A DNA stretch of 64,000 bases from Thainema sp. (lineage in GTDB: Bacteria > Cyanobacteriota > Cyanobacteriia > Phormidesmidales > Phormidesmidaceae), in contig JBQLZK010000013.1 in NCBI GenBank assembly GCA_052168235.1, positions 32,001-96,000 of the forward strand, written 5' to 3'. The translations under genes and the position numbers were made by a program. The notes under the pieces were generated by a model that saw only the letters and a list, made by a program, of their open reading frames with translations, had not been told where the DNA came from and made no database searches. Positions 58,292-64,000 of this stretch are shown piece after piece. The first letter of the stretch is position 1, and each line of letters starts with the position of its first letter.

Positions 58292-58645
58292 TTAGTGATT
58301 CATGTGGTTATTCATGGCATCGTCAGTCATGTCCTGTTCTTCGACCATGCCATGCTCCATCGGGCGCAACAGACCCATAGTTTGAGAGCCAAAGCTAGCC
58401 ACGCCCATTGATACCAATGCAGTGCTCACAACTCCCATTGATACCAAACCGAATGAGATCACGCCCATTGAGATGCAGCCAATAGAAATAATGCCGTGCG
58501 TTGAAACTCCGATCGCAACGATGCCGTGAGCCGAAACTCCGATCGCAACGCGTCCATGTGCTTCGATGCCAATCGACAACCACTTTGGCGTTTTTCTAGA
58601 TTGGCTATCGCTACGGACGTTCTCGGACGGCTTCATTTCAGTCAT
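58292..58645 (-). CDS. Small decapeptide-repeat protein with His/Met ladder and Met/His-rich tail
   Basis: Seven (S/A)(I/F)Gxxx(H/M)Gxx repeats; 30-bp periodicity in the DNA. Confidence 0.7.
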   Translation of the reverse strand: MTEMKPSENVRSDSQSRKTPKWLSIGIEAHGRVAIGVSAHGIVAIGVSTHGIISIGCISMGVISFGLVSMGVVSTALVSMGVASFGSQTMGLLRPMEHGMVEEQDMTDDAMNNHMNH

Positions 58646-58689
58646 GCTTCAATCAGACACAAATCAGAACAAATAAAAAAGTGGTATGC

Positions 58690-58742
58690 AGGTAATGATT
58701 TTTGGGTGTGTGCGGTGCCCACACACCCAAAAATCATTACCT
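58690..58742. repeat. Palindrome with 23-bp arms
   Basis: aggtaatgatttttgggtgtgtg-cggtgcc-cacacacccaaaaatcattacct. Confidence 0.8.
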
Positions 58743-58931
58743 TTTGAGGACTACCCAAATAAATTAAAGAGGGACTCGAGCCTTGTGCTTGTTGCAGCCC
58801 CTCACTGAGGTGTAATGGATTCCAACTTGCGTTGAATCTCCTGCCTGGATTGTGCTGGACGATTTACATCCAGTCAAAAGACAGGCCGTCAAACTTTGCT
58901 AAGTGTGTCGGCTGTACTTGCATATCAGGAT

Positions 58932-58982
58932 CTAGGAATAGCGTCTCGTCGCCGCGATGCGGCGACGAGACGCTATTCCTAG
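58932..58982. repeat. Perfect palindrome with 24-bp arms immediately downstream of tRNA-Arg
   Basis: ctaggaatagcgtctcgtcgccgc-gat-gcggcgacgagacgctattcctag. Confidence 0.85.
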
Positions 58983-58988
58983 CATTAA

Positions 58989-59061
58989 CGGGCCCTACAG
59001 GATTCGAACCTGTGACCGTCCGATTAGAAGTCGGATGTTCTATCCACTGAACTAAGGGCCC
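58989..59061 (-). tRNA. tRNA-Arg(UCU), CCA not encoded
   Basis: GGGCCCT acceptor, D-arm TAGTTCAGTGGATAGAAC, anticodon arm TCCGA-CTTCTAA-TCGGA, T-loop GGTTCGAATCC. Confidence 0.96.
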
Positions 59062-59222
59062 CTGGAGTCAATCATGCAGTTGATGGCGCGATCGTCACAA
59101 CCCCAACTATGCAAAACATATTGCGAATGCCCCCAAATTGTATCTAGGCCATTGGCCGAAACGCAACTATATGGATCGGTCGTTGAGCAAATCTAACCAA
59201 ACTACAAGTATCAAATCCACAG

Positions 59223-59247
59223 AAAAGGCTGGCAGTGCCAGCCTTTT
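59223..59247 (-). terminator. Bidirectional terminator-like hairpin
   Basis: aaaaggctggc-agt-gccagcctttt just past the stop of 59255..62260. Confidence 0.7.
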
Positions 59248-59254
59248 GAAATTG

Positions 59255-62200
59255 CTAATATCCGCCGCCACCGCTGCGCTTACTGCGACTACTGCTGTAG
59301 CTGCTGCCCGACGAACGACTGCTGCGACTGCTGCTGTAGCTGCTACCGGATGAGCGACTGCTGCGGCTACTCGAACTAGAGCTGTAGCTTGAACTCCGCT
59401 GCTGGACTTTTTGATTAGCTTCACGTTCGGCGGATTGAGCGGCCTGAGCCGTTTTCTCGGCCTGAGTCTTGGCCAATGCATAATCATGGCGCGCGATCGC
59501 AGCTTCCGCCTCGCTAAAAAATTGCTGCGCTGGAGAAATCTGGGCGTGAATACCGTACTTATAGGTGCGATTGGCGCTGTGAAGGGCTGACTGAGCTTGG
59601 CGAATGGCAGCCCGTGCTTCTTCTGCCGCTTGATGGTCTTGCTCAGCCGCGTGTTGCACCGAGTAAACCAGCTCGAAAATCGCGCTAACGTCTTGCAAGA
59701 GATTATTCCAATCTGATTTTGGCTGACCGATTTGCGCCGCTAGCCCTGGAATCTGAGCCTGCACATCCGCAAATCGCTGGCTCGTATCGGGACGAGTATC
59801 TGGATGCCGCACCTGCCGCTCAGTCGCCTCGATCTCGTGTTCTAACTCTGCAAATCGCGCTTTGAGCTGCTCGTAGGACTGGTGCTCAGCGGCAATGGCC
59901 TGATCGACAGATTGAAAGCTTGCCAGTAGCTGATTGGCCTCGCTCGCGGCGCGTTCCCAATCGGTGATGTCTTGCTCCACGTCCGCATGTTGTCGATTCA
60001 AATCTGCGATCGCATCTTGATACACCGATTCTGTCTCAGCGGAAGTCGTGAAGTCGTAGGTCTGGAACTTGGGCGCAATCGTGATCGAAAGCGATTGGCA
60101 CTGCTCAATAACTTCGCGGCTTTGACGACGGAAATCCTGGAGCTGCGCCAGCCGCTGGTGAATTTCATTGAGCTGCTGGCGATTCGTTTGCAGCAAATCC
60201 GCCAACGGTTCCAGAACCTCTCTAGCGGCAAGATAGTGCTGCCGACCGTAAGCCTGTTGAATATGGCTCAGAGCTGTGGTCGTGTTGGTGTCTTGTGCGA
60301 TAGCAGTTTTCAATTTACCCGGTTCGGCCACAAAGTTATGGCTGAGGAACTCGGCCTCAAGCTGCTGAAGCACTTGCTGTGCTGGAGGAATTTCCTGCTG
60401 AAGCTGGTGCTGAATTTGCCGCACGGTTGGCACCTGCTGCTCAGTGAATTCTTTAGCTGCCAGCGTATCGTCAATGAGCTGATGAGTTTGCTGCACTGAG
60501 TTCGAACTGGCATCTCTCTCAGCCTGAGCAATGTCTAAATGTCCCGCCAATAACTGCTCAAAACTTACTTTTTGATGCTGTTTCGCCTCAGCAATTTGAG
60601 TGTCAGGATCATGATTCGGTTCATCGAGCCGAAACGGTTCAGTTGGCGGATCGGGGTGTTCGTCGCGGTCTTCTAGCGGATAGCTGTAGGTGGCAAGTTG
60701 CGATCTCACTTTTCGCACTCGCTCCTCAGCCTGTTGAATCGTCGTCGTCAACTCATGCAGATCCCCGTTCAGCGCGATCGCGCGATTCAAGTCAGTTTGT
60801 AGCGCCTCAGCGGTCTTGACACATTCCTGCGATCGGGGGCAGGCTGTCAGCGGATCACTGGGCTGAAGCTGCCGAACCGCTACCTGTTCATGCTGAATCA
60901 ACTGCAGCCGCTCCTCATAGGGAGCAAACGGCAGTTCCAGATCCGCCATCGTTTGCTGAGTAGTTGCGATCGCAGCCAACTGTTGGGCAATCTGCTCCAG
61001 ATTAGCCTGCGTATCGGCGACGGCCTGCATGATTCTGGCCAGCGTTTGATTCGTGCGGTTAAACAGCTCCGACATCTCGGCCAGCAGCTGTTCAGGCTGA
61101 TAGGTGGTCTTGGGCACGACATCGCTAAACAACTGCGCCATTTCCAGCGGCAGCTCCTGGCCCGTAATTACAATCGGCTCCTGAGTCAGCAGATGATGCG
61201 CCTGCACGAGTCCTGCCGTCAGTGGCGCTCGATTCCCCTGCCTCGCCGCCTGAGCCGCTTGCAGACGCTGATTTGCCGCCTCTAGCTGAACCGTGAAATC
61301 CGAAAAATCGGTCACGGCAGCCTGATACTGCTCCAGCGTGTCGCCCTTGAACGAATCGGCCCAGTCGCTCTGTACCTTCAGAAAGCCAAAATACTGGTCA
61401 TACAGCTTCAGATACAGCGCATTCGCCTTTTCTAAGCGCTCTTGCCAATCTGAGATCGCAGAATCTGCCGCTCGTCGCCGTTTACGATAGTTCAACAACA
61501 GCAGTAGAGAACCCGTACCTGTAATCGCACCAAATCCCGCCAACGGTAAATAGGTTGCGGTCTTCCGCTTGAGTTCCGCCATCTGGGCCTGACGCTGTGC
61601 GGCTCTTTCCTGAGCTGCCTTAGCCGCCTCTTGTTCTGCGATCGCACGCTGCAAGCCAATCTCAATATCCCGGTTCACGTTCCGCACAACCGCAACCATT
61701 GCACCTTGCGGATCGTGAGGCATATACTCCTTCAGCGCTCGGATCACTGGCCCTTCCGGATCGGCTAGTCGATTTTCTGTCACTCCCAATTCATAAGGCC
61801 GATCGCCTGCATTCGCCGCCACCCAGCCTTTATTGAGATCATCAGTTCGCCGCACCCAGTAGACCAGCAGATAATCGTTGCGGGGAAACTCCGGCAGCGC
61901 TTCCCACCGTTCCACCACGTCGCTGACGCGCTCTGTCGCCCAATTGGTGTCTAGATTCAGACCCGTTTCGCCTTGGTCAGCAATCACATACACCTGCAAA
62001 TTCTGTTCGGCCATTAGAGGCGTAAGCTGCTCGCTGAGTCCCTCGAACGCCACGGGTGAAGTCGGATGCTGTGCCAGGTCGGGATCGACGTACACGTGCT
62101 GCGCTGGATTAAACGGAGGCACCCAGTCCGTTGATGCGATCGCACTGGGTGGCTGATGAATGCCACTAACAACCAGAATCGTTATGCTAACCAAGCAGGC

Positions 62201-62260
62201 CAGTAAACCGTGCCAGCCAAGCGACAGTCGAAGAATACGGAGTTTCATAGGTTTAACCAA
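59255..62260 (-). CDS. Large membrane protein: TPM-like periplasmic domain, TM helix, long coiled coil, Ser/Arg/Gly tail
   Basis: N-terminal signal or TM segment; alpha/beta ectodomain; TM LPLAGFGAITGTGSLLLLL-NYRKRRR; ~700-aa Q/E/A/L-rich helical region; ends SSGSSYSSSRSKRSGGGGY. Confidence 0.7.
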   Translation of the reverse strand: MVKPMKLRILRLSLGWHGLLACLVSITILVVSGIHQPPSAIASTDWVPPFNPAQHVYVDPDLAQHPTSPVAFEGLSEQLTPLMAEQNLQVYVIADQGETGLNLDTNWATERVSDVVERWEALPEFPRNDYLLVYWVRRTDDLNKGWVAANAGDRPYELGVTENRLADPEGPVIRALKEYMPHDPQGAMVAVVRNVNRDIEIGLQRAIAEQEAAKAAQERAAQRQAQMAELKRKTATYLPLAGFGAITGTGSLLLLLNYRKRRRAADSAISDWQERLEKANALYLKLYDQYFGFLKVQSDWADSFKGDTLEQYQAAVTDFSDFTVQLEAANQRLQAAQAARQGNRAPLTAGLVQAHHLLTQEPIVITGQELPLEMAQLFSDVVPKTTYQPEQLLAEMSELFNRTNQTLARIMQAVADTQANLEQIAQQLAAIATTQQTMADLELPFAPYEERLQLIQHEQVAVRQLQPSDPLTACPRSQECVKTAEALQTDLNRAIALNGDLHELTTTIQQAEERVRKVRSQLATYSYPLEDRDEHPDPPTEPFRLDEPNHDPDTQIAEAKQHQKVSFEQLLAGHLDIAQAERDASSNSVQQTHQLIDDTLAAKEFTEQQVPTVRQIQHQLQQEIPPAQQVLQQLEAEFLSHNFVAEPGKLKTAIAQDTNTTTALSHIQQAYGRQHYLAAREVLEPLADLLQTNRQQLNEIHQRLAQLQDFRRQSREVIEQCQSLSITIAPKFQTYDFTTSAETESVYQDAIADLNRQHADVEQDITDWERAASEANQLLASFQSVDQAIAAEHQSYEQLKARFAELEHEIEATERQVRHPDTRPDTSQRFADVQAQIPGLAAQIGQPKSDWNNLLQDVSAIFELVYSVQHAAEQDHQAAEEARAAIRQAQSALHSANRTYKYGIHAQISPAQQFFSEAEAAIARHDYALAKTQAEKTAQAAQSAEREANQKVQQRSSSYSSSSSSRSSRSSGSSYSSSRSSRSSGSSYSSSRSKRSGGGGY

Positions 62261-62341
62261 GATCGGTTGCTGAAGCTAAACGCGGACTACTCAAACGCAG
62301 AGCACCAAAAGTATCGGAAATGAAATTAGATTCGGAAGAAA

Positions 62342-62440
62342 GGATTGTGGATTAAATAGCCTGCAAACCGTTCCATCCGTAGGGACACGGCAATGCCGTG
62401 TCCCTATCCCAAAGATTTCACCTCATTAAATCCGCGTTCC
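62342..62440. mobile_element. MITE family D copy 2 (99 bp, inverted relative to copy 1)
   Basis: Aligns with the reverse complement of 22415-22513; flanks aaa/taa. Confidence 0.82.
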
Positions 62441-62651
62441 TAAGTATCGAGAAATTGATTCGGCTGATGGCTGAGAAGCTGTGAACCACAGCCGCATTAC
62501 TACTGCTAGCGTTCCCTAGCTAGCATAGAAATCTGTGATTAAACCAAATTGTGATGTGGCGCAAAAATCAATTCAGGGGTTTGGTGTTGCAAAATCGACT
62601 TTCTCAGCGATAAGATTATAGACTGTGTCGATTTTTTATTTGGATAGACTC

Positions 62652-62849
62652 ATGCCAAAGCTAAAGACTCGCAGAGCAGCAGCTAAGCGTTTCCGGAAGA
62701 GTGGCAGCGGCAAAATCATGCGTCGCAAAGCCTTCAAGAATCACCTGCTAGAAAAGAAAAGCTCAAAGCGTAAGCGTAACCTCACTGGAACGTTCGTTTT
62801 GAACGACAGCGATAAAGATAATGTCGTCGGCATGCTGCCGTATTTGTAA
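62652..62849 (+). CDS. rpmI: 50S ribosomal protein L35
   Basis: [33 protein letters not shown]. Confidence 0.98.
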   Translation: MPKLKTRRAAAKRFRKSGSGKIMRRKAFKNHLLEKKSSKRKRNLTGTFVLNDSDKDNVVGMLPYL

Positions 62850-62936
62850 GCTGAGATCGCATCCGATCCAGTGACTTATGAATATGAAGTCAGCCACCAA
62901 GACTGAGTTGTTTTGAAGTTATAGAAAGGGAAGTCA

Positions 62937-63287
62937 ATGGCACGTGTAAAACGCGGTAATGTTGCCCGCAAGCGCCGCAAAAAGATTTTAAAGCTGGCAA
63001 AAGGATTTCGGGGTTCTCACTCCAAGCTGTTCCGCACCGCGAATCAGCAGGTGATGAAGGCTCTGCGCTATGCCTATCGCGACCGCCGCAACCGGAAGCG
63101 CGATTTCCGTCGGCTGTGGATTACCCGGATTAACGCAGCGGCTCGCCTAAACGGCATGAGCTACAGCAAGCTGATGGGTAGCCTGAAGGCCGCTGATATT
63201 GCCCTAAACCGTAAGATGCTGGCTCAAATGGCCATCTTAGATCCCGCGAGCTTCAGCAAGGTCGTGGAGCAAGCCAAGAAGGCATAA
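62937..63287 (+). CDS. rplT: 50S ribosomal protein L20
   Basis: [26 protein letters not shown]...[14 protein letters not shown]. Confidence 0.98.
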   Translation: MARVKRGNVARKRRKKILKLAKGFRGSHSKLFRTANQQVMKALRYAYRDRRNRKRDFRRLWITRINAAARLNGMSYSKLMGSLKAADIALNRKMLAQMAILDPASFSKVVEQAKKA

Positions 63288-63347
63288 CTCTGAGCTAGAG
63301 TAAGGTCAGAGTTTGATCCAACTCGTGCGTTCTAGTTATTTCCTGTC

Positions 63348-64000
63348 ATGGCGACCAACGTAATGCTGCAACAGTTTGTTCGACAGTTTGCTCGTCGGTA
63401 TAGCCATCTTTTACTCAGTCTTGGCATCTTCTGGGGGGCGCAAGCGTTTGCGCCCTCCTTTGGCCTTGCGGCTGAGTTAGAGGACATTCAGGAACGCGGT
63501 TATATAATCGTGGCGGTTAAAGATAACTGGGAACCGCTCGGCTTTCGGGATGACGAAACCGGAGAACTGATCGGGCTAGAAATCGACATCGCTCGCCAAT
63601 TGGCAGCATCGCTCCTCGGTGATGCCAATGCGGTTGAATTTACGCCTGTGCGCAATACAGAGCGGCTGGATGCCGTGATTGACCAAGAAGTCGATATTGC
63701 GATCGCAGTAGTCACGGCCAACGATACCCGCCGCCGCATTGTTGATTTCAGTGTGCCCTATTACCTAGACGGCACGGCTTTTGTCACACAAAACCCAGAA
63801 ATTCAGTCCTTTGCGGATCTGCGCCAGTATCCAATTGCCGTGCTCGAACGATCCAGCACAATTGCGCGAGTGCGATCGCAGATGCCAACGGCCAATCTTG
63901 TAGGCGTTTCGTCCTATCAAGAAGCCAAAGCTTTTTTAGATGCCAATCCAACAGCCTCATTCGCGGGTGATGCCTCAGTATTGGGCGGCTGGGTGAGTAG
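63348..64000 (+). CDS. Polar amino acid ABC transporter substrate-binding protein (family 3), runs off the window end
   Basis: Not in the ORF track because it has no stop; translated by hand: AELEDIQERGYIIVAVKDNWEPLGF...GLEIDIARQLA...VDFSVPYYLDG. Confidence 0.88.
   Translation, partial: MATNVMLQQFVRQFARRYSHLLLSLGIFWGAQAFAPSFGLAAELEDIQERGYIIVAVKDNWEPLGFRDDETGELIGLEIDIARQLAASLLGDANAVEFTPVRNTERLDAVIDQEVDIAIAVVTANDTRRRIVDFSVPYYLDGTAFVTQNPEIQSFADLRQYPIAVLERSSTIARVRSQMPTANLVGVSSYQEAKAFLDANPTASFAGDASVLGGWVS

Noticed and set aside
58989..59061. tRNA-Arg as the attachment site of a genomic island
   Set aside because: No integrase and no duplicated tRNA 3' end seen in the window
1..64000. Highly repeated GCGATCGC / TGCGATCGCA
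   Set aside because: This is HIP1, a well-known cyanobacterial genome signature, not a new repeat
1..64000. CRISPR array, cas genes, integrase, transposase or prophage
   Set aside because: No regularly spaced repeat-spacer array and no ORF with such motifs was seen

Overview
Chromosomal window from a cyanobacterium. The HIP1 octamer GCGATCGC is very frequent, often as TGCGATCGCA, and the window carries ccmK, HCP, PucC and BchH genes; the style suggests a Leptolyngbyaceae-like filamentous strain (inference). Most genes are housekeeping or ordinary accessory genes: mtnA, a bchH paralog, ilvB, dxs, lptB/lptFG, cax, GH57, rpmI-rplT and tRNA-Arg(UCU). There is also a ~14 kb signalling cluster (three histidine kinases, a multi-domain REC-wHTH-Hpt-REC-REC-GGDEF-REC regulator and a REC-adenylate cyclase) and a TpsA/FHA-like exoprotein. 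No CRISPR array, integrase, transposase or prophage was seen. The most distinctive signal is intergenic: at least five families of 88-157 bp miniature inverted-repeat elements (MITEs), two copies each, with different terminal repeats and target-site duplications (TA, 3-bp ANT, 3-bp TAA, 8-bp). All carry GC-rich hairpin cargo, mostly GC-NNN-GC triloops, and several are nested inside other hairpins. Other candidates are a structured, terminator-ended RNA upstream of a SemiSWEET gene, a small decapeptide-repeat protein with a His/Met ladder, an HU-like protein lacking its DNA-binding arm, and a lone ccmK4/K5-type gene. All family assignments come from motif recognition by eye; no searches were run.
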